From Schmidtea polychroa (lineage: Eukaryota), in contig CM097885.1 in assembly GCA_044892525.1 (NCBI GenBank), positions 1,054,001 through 1,118,000 on the forward strand: a stretch of DNA of 64,000 nt, in the 5' to 3' direction. Shown here piece by piece: positions 1-16,688 of this stretch (position 1 is the stretch's first letter; the number at the start of each line of letters is the position of its first letter). The translations under genes and the position numbers were made by a program. The notes beneath the pieces are model-generated. The model did no database searches, was not told where the DNA came from, and saw only the letters and a list, made by a program, of their open reading frames with translations.

Positions 1-939
1 GCAAAACAGTTGAAAATTTAAAGAGAAGAATGAATCTTCGTCTTTGTACAACTGCCGGTAAATAAGTAACATATTCTTCAAAGCCGACTTTTAAAAAACT
101 ATTAAAATAGATGATAATTTAATTGCGGCATTAGTGAATTCAGATTCTATATGTTTAGATAGACCAAGTTACATTGGTCAATCTGTACTTGATCTATCTA
201 AACTTAGAATGTATGTATTACAATATATTATATTGAATATAAGGATCTAGAATCATTTCGCAATGAGTTTAATAATAAAATTAATATCGTTGCAGGTGAT
301 ACAGATTCTTTTTTCCTCGAAGTCATTAACTGTAAACTTGAGGTTCTTTTACCTGCAATGATTCGAGATAATTTATTAGATACTTCCAATTACAATAGTT
401 GTCATTCCTTATATAGTAAGAACTTTGATTCAGTCATTGGAAAGTTCAAAGACGAGAATAAAGGTCTTAAATATAAGGAATGGGTTTTTCTTAGACCTAA
501 ATGTTATAGCTTGTTGGGTGATGAGGAAACAAAAAAGGCTAAAGGTGTAACATTGAAAGGTAGTGACATAAAACATCAGTCATACCTGGATTGTTATAAA
601 ACTAACCAGATTTTTTCGGTTCCTCAGACTAAAATAACAAGCAAAAATCATCAAATTTTTACAATTAAAAATACTAAAATAGCACTAACTAACAAAGATG
701 ACAAAAGGGTTTGGGTGGGAAAAAATACTAGTCTTGCATATAGGCATGTAAGATTAAGTGAATTAAATATTAGAGAAAATGTTGGAGAAATTGTTGGAGA
801 AAATGTTGGAGAAATTGTTGGAGATGAATTTGATGAAAATGTTGGAGAAGATGAGGAAGAATTTATTGAAGATGTTGGAGAAGATTTTGGAGAAGATGAT
901 ATCGATATCGATGACGTTATTTTGTCTGATGAGGACTAA
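1..939 (+). pseudogene. Polinton/Maverick-type protein-primed DNA polymerase B, C-terminal part (frameshifted upstream of 358)
   Basis: Translation gives DRPSYIGQSVLDLSKLRMY, GDTDSFF (~295-315), GKFKDE, LRPKCYS, KAKGV and DDKR, then an acidic GENVGEIV-repeat tail (ORF 358-939). Confidence 0.85.
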
Positions 940-1229
940 TTTTATTAAATAATAGTTTATATATATACATTTGTTATTTTTTTGGTAAATATTTATGTTT
1001 TTTATGTGTCTAGTTAATGTTTATATGTTTTGTTATGTGTTTAGTTAATTTTTTATGTGTTGTATAGTATTTGGTTGATATATTATTATTATTATTTTTA
1101 TTATTATTTCATAAACATTTCCATTAAAAATTACGATTGAAAAATATTTCATTAAAATTTCTATTAAAAATTATTGATAAAAAGTTATTTCATAAAAACT
1201 TTCATTAAAAAATTTCAATTGTTAATAAA

Positions 1230-1670
1230 TTTAAAAATTTTACTTTAATTTACTTATTTAACTTTAATTTTTTACCATTGATTACTTAATTTTAAAATTT
1301 GGACATTAATTAACTTTAATTTAATTTTTTAGAACCTTAATTTAGTTATTTGTGCCCATTCATTACTTTAATTTAAAATTTTGGACCTTGATTTACTTTA
1401 TTTTAATTTTTTAGAACCATTATTTACTTTAATTTAAAAATTTGAATCTTATTTTACTTAGTTGAGCCCTTAATTAACTTTAATTTTAAATTTTGAACCA
1501 TTATTTACTTTAATTTAAAAATTTGAACCTTAATTTAGTTATTTGAGCCTATTCATTACTTTAATTCAAAAATCTTAGCCCATAATTTACTTTAATTCAA
1601 AAAAATCTGAACCTTGATTTACTTAAATTTAATTTTTTAGACCCATAATTTGCTTTATTTTAAAAATATA
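1230..1670. repeat. Degenerate ~30-bp AT-rich tandem repeat (TTAATTTACTTTAATTTAAAAATTTGRACC-like), probably Polinton subterminal
   Basis: The same unit recurs at ~13960-14110, 42860-43310, 43570-44030 (inverted) and 50810-51060, mostly flanking pPolB-derived sequence. Confidence 0.7.
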
Positions 1671-1989
1671 CTATGCGTTTTTAATGTAAACCACCTTTTC
1701 TATTGAAATTCTCATGACCAAGGAGACCCCCTCACTGTAGTCTTAAAAATCCATGCTTTTTTATTGAAGACTACCTTTTTCTATTGAAATTCTCAGGACC
1801 AAGGAGACCCACCCAAATAATATTTATACTTGGCTTGTTTATTGAAAAAAAAATTTTTTGTATTTAAAATCCCAGAAAAAATACATTGGAGCGTACGGCA
1901 ACAATTATGTATTCAAAAAATGTCTACGGCAAAAATTATGCAATCAAAAGTTTGCAACATTTTTACCCCCTCCCCCCCTATTTCTCCCG

Positions 1990-2160
1990 CGGGCCCCTAA
2001 TTACCTATTCGCGCATCAGAAAAGATGCAATCCAGCAGAGTATTGTTTTCAAGACAACCATCTACTGGTTTCAATCCCTTCTGTGCATTCGAATCCCAAC
2101 GGCAACTACTTACTTTTGCCACTAAGATCTTATTAAGTGTCCTAGTTAACACTGAGTTAA
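1990..2160 (-). pseudogene. R2-like non-LTR reverse transcriptase fragment (motifs 1-2)
   Basis: Manual minus-strand translation: SVLTRTLNKILVAKVSSCRWDSNAQKGLKPVDGCLENNTLLDCI. Homologous DNA at ~52780-52870. Confidence 0.7.
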
Positions 2161-2211
2161 CGGAAAAAAAATAAAAATCACCTGGATTTTTAGGGGTTTC
2201 TACTTTTAGGA

Positions 2212-2730
2212 TTAATGAGGTTCGTGCTGTCTTTTAAGGTCATGAAATATGTCTGGAAATGGGCGTGGGGCTTGTGAGTTCTCCATCGCCTGCTCCAGGC
2301 CCATCTCCTTCATCCTGTCTTCTAACTCTTTAAAAACTGCTTTATATTTTTTATTATCTAGGTGCTTGCGAATAGATTCCTTTGAAAGTTCCAACATCCA
2401 AGGTGAAGTATTTCTAGAAGGTGAGAGGAAGACTGTAACGATTTTTAAGGTGAAGTGGAGCCATGAAGAGCTCTTCTTCATTACTTTAGTAATAAGCAAG
2501 ATTTTTTGTATAGTTTCCTCAAGATAGTCTCAATACGTAAGGTGCGATGGGCTTTAGATATATGGACTCCACGTCCCCTCAGCGTTAAGAAAGGTAAAAA
2601 GCAATATTCACAGACAAACTACTGTTCCACATCCCTCTCCAGTTTTGTAGTGTTGTTATTTCCTGTCATTTCATATTTATTTTGTTCGTGGAAGTTCATT
2701 CGTGTTGGATATCCTCCAACATGATACCCA
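2212..2730 (-). pseudogene. R2-like N-terminal region: C2H2 zinc finger plus degenerate Myb domain
   Basis: FVCEYCFLPFLTLRGRGVHISKAH (~2550-2620), then Y*SNEEELFMA and SKESIRKHLDNKKYK, with stops and frameshifts. Confidence 0.65.
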
Positions 2731-3130
2731 ACTGGCCAACAAGTAAAAATAGTAAAAGGGGACCTCACGAATGAAGTGGTGTGGGGAATAAAGAACAAAA
2801 TGCGACGAGGGCTAATATATCAATAGTAAACTTTAGTAGTCAAATAAAAAAAATTTAAATTTAAACTTTTAGTTCATAAAACTTCATATCTTAAAAAAAA
2901 ACAAAAACAAAAAATATTTTTTAAAACTTTAAAAATTAAAACTGTACTGTCATTCTTGTCATCGCGGGATTGATGACATTTTATAAGCATATAATAATAA
3001 TAGTAATGATAATAATAATAATAATTATAATAATATTAGTAATAATAATAATAATATTAGTAATAAATAATCAAAAAAACGTGGCAATGATTTAATAATA
3101 GAGAAACGCCAACTCAATAAATTCAACATA

Positions 3131-3173
3131 AACGCGATATATTTCAATTGTACAACAATCTTCGTCAGGCTGC
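3131..3173 (-). ncRNA. Mirror minimal hammerhead ribozyme motif
   Basis: Exact reverse complement of 6033-6075. Confidence 0.7.
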
Positions 3174-3485
3174 AATCTGGATAATCAATAATAAGACATA
3201 AAATATGCAATATCTAAACAAATTAACTAATAATAATCATCTCCAAACTGTATCAAAAATTTTAAAAAAAAATATTTTAAAAAAAAAATATTTCAAAAAA
3301 AACATTTTAAAAAACCAAACCATATTTTACATAACCCACATACATATTATTTTAAAATTAAATTTTAATTTAATCACATTTAACATTCAACATAAAATTA
3401 ACAAATTTTAAAAAACAAATTACATAGTTTACAAAACACAAACATAATTATACCACAAACAAGACTCCCAACCTTCATCCTTCAA

Positions 3486-4596
3486 TTACTTAAACACATT
3501 CAAAATCTCCGTGGAACGGGCAACTTGATCATTTATTTTTGGATTTAAATATCTAATCAACAATGCCTCACAAGTTACTCGTTCCCAATAATTACTTAAA
3601 CCTTTTGAAATAATTTTAAAATCAGAGATACCTATTTTTTTACTGACACATTTCCTAACATGATTACTAATATTAGTCAATCCTTTTGGTCGACAGTGTT
3701 CAAGAACTCGGGTGCAGAGCTGACGGGCAGTCTCTCCAATGTATATGGCATTACACCCATTACATGAAAATTGATACACAAGCTCAGAACACAAACCAAT
3801 TGGCGTTGGACATTTACTAGTAAACATACTGCTAACTTTGCAAGAAGTGGAAACAATCCTGAATTGATCCTTGTCTACATATTTGAGAATTTTATGTTTA
3901 AATTCTCTGAAACCCTCCGAATAAGGCAATACTAACACATATTTCGGCTCCATGCGATTGGATCGATTCTTGTCACTTTCCGAATTTAACATAGTACTTT
4001 CCTCAGGATCAATAGGTACCTCAGATTCAGACGTACGCATACCAACGTTATCAGATTTAAACATTAACTTATCCACAGTCACTTTTGTCATTTTCTCAAG
4101 AAAAGATTTAGAGTAGCCATTTTTAAGTAACAACTCAACCAATACATCAATACTTTTTACTGAATTAGCAAACGTGGAGGATAGTGACCAAGCACGAAAC
4201 ACTAATCCTCTCACCATATTCCTTTTATATTTAAACTCACAAAAACTATCAGGCGTTGTATATAAACCAGTATCCGTCGACTTTCTATATATTTCAGTCT
4301 CATAATGTTTCGATTTGCGTTGAATGAGTAAATCTAAAAACGCAATCGATGACCCTTTTTCTTCCTCACATGTGAATTTAATATTCTTATGCAAATCATT
4401 CATAAAATATAAAAACGGCATTACATGTTCACGACTCTCAAACACCAAAAAAATATCATCCACATACCGTTTGTACACACTAGGTTTAACAAGATGGCAT
4501 GAAGACATTTTCTTTTCCAAACTAGACATAAAAATAGAAGCCATAGTTGGGGCTAATGGAGAACCCATAGCAACACCATCCACTTGTTTATACCAT
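3486..4596 (-). CDS. Mirror copy of the Penelope-like RT + GIY-YIG ORF
   Basis: Same protein with two amino-acid differences (TARQL/TARHL, SKGL/SNGL). Confidence 0.9.
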
Positions 4597-4610
4597 TGTT
4601 TATACCATGA

Positions 4611-5721
4611 ATGGTATAAACAAGTGGATGGTGTTGCTATGGGTTCTCCATTAGCCCCAACTATGGCTTCTATTTTTATGTCTAGTTTGGAAAAGAAAAT
4701 GTCTTCATGCCATCTTGTTAAACCTAGTGTGTACAAACGGTATGTGGATGATATTTTTTTGGTGTTTGAGAGTCGTGAACATGTAATGCCGTTTTTATAT
4801 TTTATGAATGATTTGCATAAGAATATTAAATTCACATGTGAGGAAGAAAAAGGGTCATCGATTGCGTTTTTAGATTTACTCATTCAACGCAAATCGAAAC
4901 ATTATGAGACTGAAATATATAGAAAGTCGACGGATACTGGTTTATATACAACGCCTGATAGTTTTTGTGAGTTTAAATATAAAAGGAATATGGTGAGAGG
5001 ATTAGTGTTTCGTGCTTGGTCACTATCCTCCACGTTTGCTAATTCAGTAAAAAGTATTGATGTATTGGTTGAGTTGTTACTTAAAAATGGCTACTCTAAA
5101 TCTTTTCTTGAGAAAATGACAAAAGTGACTGTGGATAAGTTAATGTTTAAATCTGATAACGTTGGTATGCGTACGTCTGAATCTGAGGTACCTATTGATC
5201 CTGAGGAAAGTACTATGTTAAATTCGGAAAGTGACAAGAATCGATCCAATCGCATGGAGCCGAAATATGTGTTAGTATTGCCTTATTCGGAGGGTTTCAG
5301 AGAATTTAAACATAAAATTCTCAAATATGTAGACAAGGATCAATTCAGGATTGTTTCCACTTCTTGCAAAGTTAGCAGTATGTTTACTAGTAAATGTCCA
5401 ACGCCAATTGGTTTGTGTTCTGAGCTTGTGTATCAATTTTCATGTAATGGGTGTAATGCCATATACATTGGAGAGACTGCCCGTCATCTCTGCACCCGAG
5501 TTCTTGAACACTGTCGACCAAAAGGATTGACTAATATTAGTAATCATGTTAGGAAATGTGTCAGTAAAAAAATAGGTATCTCTGATTTTAAAATTATTTC
5601 AAATGGTTTAAGTAATTATTGGGAACGAGTAACTTGTGAGGCATTGTTGATTAGATATTTAAATCCAAAAATAAATGATCAAGTTGCCCGTTCCACGGAG
5701 ATTTTGAATGTGTTTAAGTAA
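4611..5721 (+). CDS. Penelope-like RT (from the QxxGxxMGSPL motif onward) plus GIY-YIG endonuclease; 5'-truncated
   Basis: YKQVDGVAMGSPLAP, RYVDD, FLDLLI, YRKST, LVYQFSCNGCNAIYIGETAR...R..EH, EALLI...P.IN. The first ~95 aa of the tracked ORF are antisense RT sequence. Confidence 0.9.
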
Positions 5722-6032
5722 TTGAAGGATGAAGGTTGGGAGTCTTGTTTGTGGTATAATTATGTTTGTGTTTTGTAAACTATGTAATTTGTTTTTTAAA
5801 ATTTGTTAATTTTATGTTGAATGTTAAATGTGATTAAATTAAAATTTAATTTTAAAATAATATGTATGTGGGTTATGTAAAATATGGTTTGGTTTTTTAA
5901 AATGTTTTTTTTGAAATATTTTTTTTTAAAATATTTTTTTTTAAAATTTTTGATACAGTTTGGAGATGATTATTATTAGTTAATTTGTTTAGATATTGCA
6001 TATTTTATGTCTTATTATTGATTATCCAGATT

Positions 6033-6075
6033 GCAGCCTGACGAAGATTGTTGTACAATTGAAATATATCGCGTT
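6033..6075 (+). ncRNA. Minimal hammerhead ribozyme motif at the Penelope 3' end
   Basis: CTGACGA-A-GATTGT-TGT-ACAATT-GAAA-TATA-TC: conserved core, a stem II, and a palindromic 4-nt helix III loop typical of PLE minimal hammerheads. Confidence 0.7.
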
Positions 6076-6229
6076 TATGTTGAATTTATTGAGTTGGCGT
6101 TTCTCTAATATTAGTAATAATAGTATTAATAATATTTCAACTAAATACTAGGCAACACACAAAATTTAACTAGAACAAAAGTAAAGATAAAAAATTTATT
6201 CAATAATATTCTTCATGGTCTGTTAATAT

Positions 6230-7960
6230 GACCTCTTCTATAATCATCGGTTTCTGCATCAATTTCTATTTGTTCATTTTCTCCATCGGTTTCTCCATAA
6301 TTAACCTTATATAATCTTACATGTCCATATGCAAAACTAGTATTTTTCCCCACCAAAACCGTTTTATCATCTGCATTTGTAAGAGCTATTTTTTTATTTT
6401 TTATTGTATATATTTGATGATTTTTTGATGTTATCCTTAATTGTGGTATTGAAAAAATTTGTTTTGTATTGTAAAAATGTAGATATCACTGATGTTTTAA
6501 GTCATTACCTTTCAATGTTACTCCTTTTGCTTTTTAATTTCATCTTCACCTAACAAACTATAATATTATGGCATAAGAAAACCACATTCTTTATATTTAA
6601 GACCTTTATTCATATCTTTGAATTTTCAAATGACAGAATCAAGGTTCTTACTGTATAAGGGATGATTTGGGTTATAATTTCAAGTGTCTGGAAGGTTATC
6701 CCTAATCATCATACATTATTTAATAGTAAATTGTTCCTATAATAATCAAAACTATTCATAAAATTGTTGTTGCTAAATCTTATTCAAATTTTACTTATAG
6801 GTTTCCTACCCATTTTTTAATAATAAATGTAAGGTTAAATCCTCTACAGCACCTAACAGTATTACAAAATTACAAACTAAAATTTAATAAAACCTTTTAA
6901 TAAATTTAATAAATTAAAACTTTGATTAGCATGCATCCAATCAAAATTTAATAAATGAAAGTATTTAATTATCTAAATTTAAAAAATGTCTAATAAAAAT
7001 AGCACTAATATAAATAGAAAATAGTACATCTGTTATTGGAATGACATGTAAACCTCCTGTTCATTACCTTCAATATAATATGTAATATTCGAAATATCCT
7101 ATTGCTTATTCTTTTAAGGTATTTATTTTTAATTATCTCTATTGATTTTTGGTTGGAACAAGTTAATTTAAAAGCCTAATCAAAAGTCTATCAATATTGC
7201 AATGTTCAACAATGTCCTTGAATAAATTTACTGTATAAGGAATGATTTGGGTCATAATTTGAAGTGTCTAGTAGGTTATCTCTAATCATCACAGGTGAAA
7301 GAATATCAAGAGAAAAAATTTTAATTTCCAAGATTAATAGATATCAATGTCCCCCAGCAACGATATTAATTATATTACAATATATTTTTGTAACTCTTCA
7401 TGATGCAGCTGATATATTCTAAGTATCGATAGATCAAGTGCAGATTGTCCAATGTAACTTGGTCTATTTAAACATATAGAATCAGGATTTAACAATGCTG
7501 CTATTAAATTATCATCGATTTTTATTGATTTTTAAATGTAGGTTTTGATGTACACGAGACTATAAAACTTCTTCCGCTTAACCTACTTATTTAATTATTT
7601 CAGTGATAGTGAAATGAATTTCTGTTATTTTATTTATTAACAAGCTACTTCCTTGTGATTTTTTAATACTTGTGATTTATACTTGTTATTTGTGAAATTC
7701 TTTTTTAGATTTTTTCATTTTTTCATTTTATTCCCTAATTTCTTCATCGAAAAATGTATCAGTTAAAGGTTTTGCATTATTATACGTAACCTTATTCGTT
7801 AATGATATATTAATTTATCTATTAGTGATTCAGGAAATATTATTTCTTTAATATTTAAGTCACTAGTGTTAATACTTAATATTTGGTGGTAACTCTTAAA
7901 TCACTTAGAACAATTGGTAAATTTTCTCCTATTTGTATATTATTTAATAGTAAATTGTTC
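6230..7960 (-). pseudogene. Heavily degraded, internally deleted pPolB (more diverged copy)
   Basis: Minus-strand pieces IALTNADDK..VGKNTSFAYGH (~6320-6390), PDSICLNRPSYIGQSALDLS (~7430-7490), EIHFTIT, AKPLTDTFFDE and KEIIFPE. Confidence 0.75.
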
Positions 7961-8140
7961 CTATAATAATCAAAGTTATTCATCAAATTGTTGTTGCTCA
8001 ATATTAGTCAAATTTTTAAAATTTTATAAAAAATTACAATCTAAAATTTAATAAAAACTTTTAGTAAATTTATTAAATTAAAACTTTAATTAGCATGCAT
8101 CCAATCAAAATGAAAATATTTAATTATCTAAATTTAAAAA

Positions 8141-8564
8141 ATGTCTAATATAAATAGAAAATAGTATATCTGTTATTGGTATGACATGTTAACCTCCTGT
8201 TCATTACCTTCAATATAATATGTAATATTTGAAATATCCTATTACTTATTCTTTTAAGGTATTTATATTTCATTATCTATATTATTGATTTTTGGTAGGA
8301 ACAAGTTAATTTAAAAGTCTATCAATTCAGTATTCAAATTGATATTATTTGGGATGAAAATAGAAAATATCTTGGAGAAATTCTTCGATTAATTAATAAA
8401 GACAAGTATTTTAACTAAAAACTTTCATTTATCAACTGCGAAAAAGATTGTAAAATTAAGATAGTTGAAGGTAAAAAATCTAAAATTCAGATACTTATTC
8501 AAGGACTCAAGATAAATGGAGTTATAATTAAACCAATTTGGAAAATTAAAAATGTCTATGAATA
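8141..8564 (+). pseudogene. Degenerate small ORF divergent from pPolB, unknown function
   Basis: YQFSIQIDIIWDENRKYLGEILRL...*...KIQILIQGLKINGVIIKPIWKIKNVYE*. Its 5' part is duplicated at ~6985-7200. Confidence 0.4.
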
Positions 8565-9867
8565 AATTTATGAATAAAATTTGAGTTTTTTATTGTTATT
8601 TAAAATATATTTTAAAGAAATCTATAATTTGGTTTATAAAATTATTAGTTGTCTGTAAAGTTAATATTTGACTATAAAATTAAGATTTTTAATTTGTTTA
8701 TAAAAGTTTAATGTGGACAATATATAATTAAAATACTCTAAAATTATCATAATAATTAATAAAATGGAATAAAAAAAATTTTGCATAGGATATGCTTTTA
8801 TAAAAAATTTTATCAATTCAAAAATATATGTAGCATAAGATAAATCATTTAAAAAAATTTAAATAAATTATAATATATAAAAAAATCCAATTAAAATATT
8901 TATAATTCAAAAATATATAGCATAAAATAAATCATTTAAAAAAAATGAATTAAAATTCAAAAAAATATATACATTTGTTTTCATCTTTTTCTTTCTTGTT
9001 TTTCTTGTGTTCATTTTTTTCATGAAAATTTTCTGTCAAAGTTTCATGAATATTTTAAGCTATATTTATCTAAAAAAAATTTTAAATTTAATTCTTTAAC
9101 AAAAAGATTATATATTTACCATCGTTATGAAAGAGCTTTATTTCGCCAAAAATCCAGAACATATGAAAAATTAATGAATAAACAACAATAAAATACAAGG
9201 TACATGATATAAATCTTTATTTATAGTAAACGACAACGTCTAACTAAATGATCATAAGCAGATAAGCACGGAATACAGTTAAAGTAGTCGAATTCGTGGA
9301 TTCGATAATGGTTCGACTTCCCAGAAACTACTACTATTCGCATCGGCAAAGAGAGTGTCCAGAAACCCTTTCTCCCAGCGTGTTCCTGCCACTGGGATTA
9401 CCCGATATTTGCTAGACTTTTCATAGAGTTGCATAGGTTTCACGAAAGTATAGCATGAAGTGTACCACAGAGATGAATAGGGTTGTATAGTTTTTATTTA
9501 AAAAATAGATTAAATGAATGAAATTGAAAGGAAATGAAAAGTTTAATTAAAAAGGAAATTAAACAAAAACTAAGGTTGGTGGATTTTAAAGATGAAGCAA
9601 ATCAAGTATGGAGAAAAGTATTATGTAGTGTCCACATAATAATAATCAAGTTTTTTTTACATTTATTAAATGGAAGAGTCGTTTGGATTTGCAGTAAAAT
9701 ATAATAACGTTGACCCAAACATATTGATAAAAACAGCCGAACTTAAAAACCTAAATGAATTTCAACAAGTAAAAACTGCATCTCCTAATAGGAATATGTA
9801 CAAGCACCCTTAAAAGACTTAAATTAGATCCTAATTGTTCTAGTTTTTATAGATATGACATTCCATT

Positions 9868-9950
9868 AGAATAGTATATAGTGAGGACTCCAGTGCACTT
9901 TCAAGGTCATGGAATATCAAGATCAAATATAGACCAATCGAATCATTTAT
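9868..9950 (+). mobile_element. Polinton-like terminus, family B (TAGTATATAGTGAGGACTCCAG..CACTTTCAAGGTCA)
   Basis: Homologous to inverted copies at 36495-36570 and 37523-37600 (the latter ending TACTACT) and to the interrupted copy at 15158-15172 + 29033-29100. Confidence 0.65.
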
Positions 9951-10509
9951 TTTTTAAATTAACATTTTATTTAATTACTTCTTTTTAAATTTTTTCTTTT
10001 TAATTTTATTAATTAATTATTTTATTATGTTTTATTTTAATTTATTACATTTAATTAAATTATTAGTTTATTAATATTTTATTTTAATTACTTACGCTAT
10101 TTAATTATTATTATTATTATTATTTTTAAAATATTTATTTATTTTTTAATTTAAATTTTATTTAATTACTTCTATTTAATTTTTTTTCTTTTAAATTTTC
10201 TTAATTAATTATTTTATTATGTTTTTATTTTAGTATTATTTAATTTATTTATTTATTATTATTATTATTATTATTTTTTAATTATACATTTACATTATAT
10301 TCTAACAAGAGGTAAATTATAACAATAATATTTCAATTTCTAATTAAAATTTTATTCAAATTGAATAATTACTAATTAAAATTTTATTCAAATTGAATAA
10401 TTACTAATTAAAATTTTATTCAAATTAAAATATTATTGTTATAATTTAACTTTTGTTAGAATATAATGTAAATGTAAAATTTAAAAAAAATAATAATTTT
10501 AAAAAATAA

Positions 10510-10552
10510 AAGGTCAAGGTCAAGGTCAATGTCAAGGTCAAGGTCAAGGTCA
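10510..10552 (+). repeat. (AAGGTC)7 hexamer array with one AATGTC variant
   Basis: Read directly from the sequence. Confidence 0.95.
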
Positions 10553-10599
10553 TTCTATTTTAAGTAACAAAAACATCTATTTTTAGTAACATTTCGATC

Positions 10600-15018
<4,419 letters not shown>

Positions 15019-15254
15019 TCAAAAACGCAAGAGACGCTCAAGCAAATCAAGAATTAAAAAATAAACACATTGCAGAAACAGAATTTATATAAAGTCAAAC
15101 CCTGACTCCTACAACAGGTTCAAGTCTAAATAAAATTCAATCAAAAGCAATAACACTAGTAAGTAGGACTCCAGTAGTAGGATGTGTCCCCGCCAGATCA
15201 GGTCCCCTCCAGATCACATATACCCCCCCCCGGTCTGAAAAATTTTATTTTTTT

Positions 15255-16430
15255 TTTAGAACGATGCCTAATATTTTTAGAACTATTACGTAATCAATGC
15301 CTAATATTTTTAGAACGATGCCTAATATTTTTAGAACTATTACGTAATTTTTTTTAAATTAATTGGTCCAGCGGTGACCTACTTTTTTTCTTCCCAAAAG
15401 TAATGTTCCCGCCAACAAATTTTATTGAACGATACCTCATCTTAAAGCTCAGTCCAAGACCTTTCGAATGATCTATAGGTATCTTATATATCTTTAATAA
15501 TTTTAATGTTATTAACAATTGATGACCACCATCTTTTCAACGTTAAATTATTATTATTTTTCAAAATATTATTAAGTGATCCAGTGGGGACCTACTTTTT
15601 TTCATCCCAAAAGTAATGTTCCCGCCAACAAATTTTATTGAACGATACCTCATCTTAAAGCTCAGTCCAAGACCTTTCGAATGATCTATAGGTATCTTAT
15701 ATATCTTTAATAGTTTTAATGTTATTAACAATTGATGACCACCATCTTTTCAACGTTAAATTATTATTATTTTTCAAAATATTATTAAGTGATCCAGCGG
15801 GGACCTACTTTTTTTCATCCCAAAAATTATTGTTCCCGCCAACATATTATATTGATCGATAGCTTATTTTAAAGCTCTGTGCAAGAACTTTCTAATGAGA
15901 TATAGATTTTTATCATACGATGACTCATCACATTTTTAGATCAAAGTCAATGACTCATCACATTTTTAGAATGATGTCTAATATTTTAGAATGATGCCTA
16001 ATATTTTTAGAATGATTACGTCATAATTTTAGAACAAAGACAATGACTCATCATATTTTTAGAACGATGCCTAATATTTTTAGATTGATTACGTCATATT
16101 TTTAGAACGATGCCAAATATTTTTAGAACGATGTCTATTATTTTTAGAACGATGCCTAATATTTTTAGAACGGTGCCTAATATTTTTAGATTGATTACGT
16201 CATATTTTTAGAACGATGCCAAATATTTTTAGAACGATGCCTAATATTTTTAGAATGATGTCTAATATTTTAGAATGATGCCTAATATTTTTAGAATGAT
16301 TACATCATAATTTTAGAACGATGCCTAATATTTTTAGAATGATTACGTCATACTTTTAGAACGATGCCTAATATTTTTAGAATGATTACGTCATACTTTT
16401 AGAACGATGCCTAATATTTTTAGAACTAAT
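15255..16430 (+). repeat. Subterminal arrays: ~21-bp TTTTTAGAACGATGCCTAATA family plus a 213-bp tandem unit
   Basis: 213-bp units at ~15367, 15580 and 15793; short units at 15255-15345 and 15920-16430. Mirrored at ~27690-28950. Confidence 0.9.
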
Positions 16431-16647
16431 AATTTTGTTTTAATTATCGATTATATAATAATTTAATTTTGTTTAAATCGTTGATTATATAATTTGTTTA
16501 AATCATTGATTATATAATATTTTGTTTTAATTATCGAATACGTAATAATATAATTTGTTTAAATCGTTGATTACATATTATTATTTTTTAATTTTCAATA
16601 TTTTCTTTTAAAATATTAACGCCCATGTGGAAGATGTTATTTTCAAA

Positions 16648-16688
<41 letters not shown>

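Larger units (their letters stand above)
3099..6107. mobile_element. Penelope-like element, 5'-truncated, as a head-to-head palindrome with ~1.5-kb arms centred at 4603/4604
   Basis: Mirror ORFs 3486-4883(-) and 4324-5721(+). Arm identity extends out to GGCGTTTCTCTA on both sides. AAT-rich flanks. Confidence 0.9.

Noticed and set aside
9440..9460. U3 snoRNA-like CTATACTTTC (minus strand)
   Set aside because: No box A, B, C or D motifs follow.
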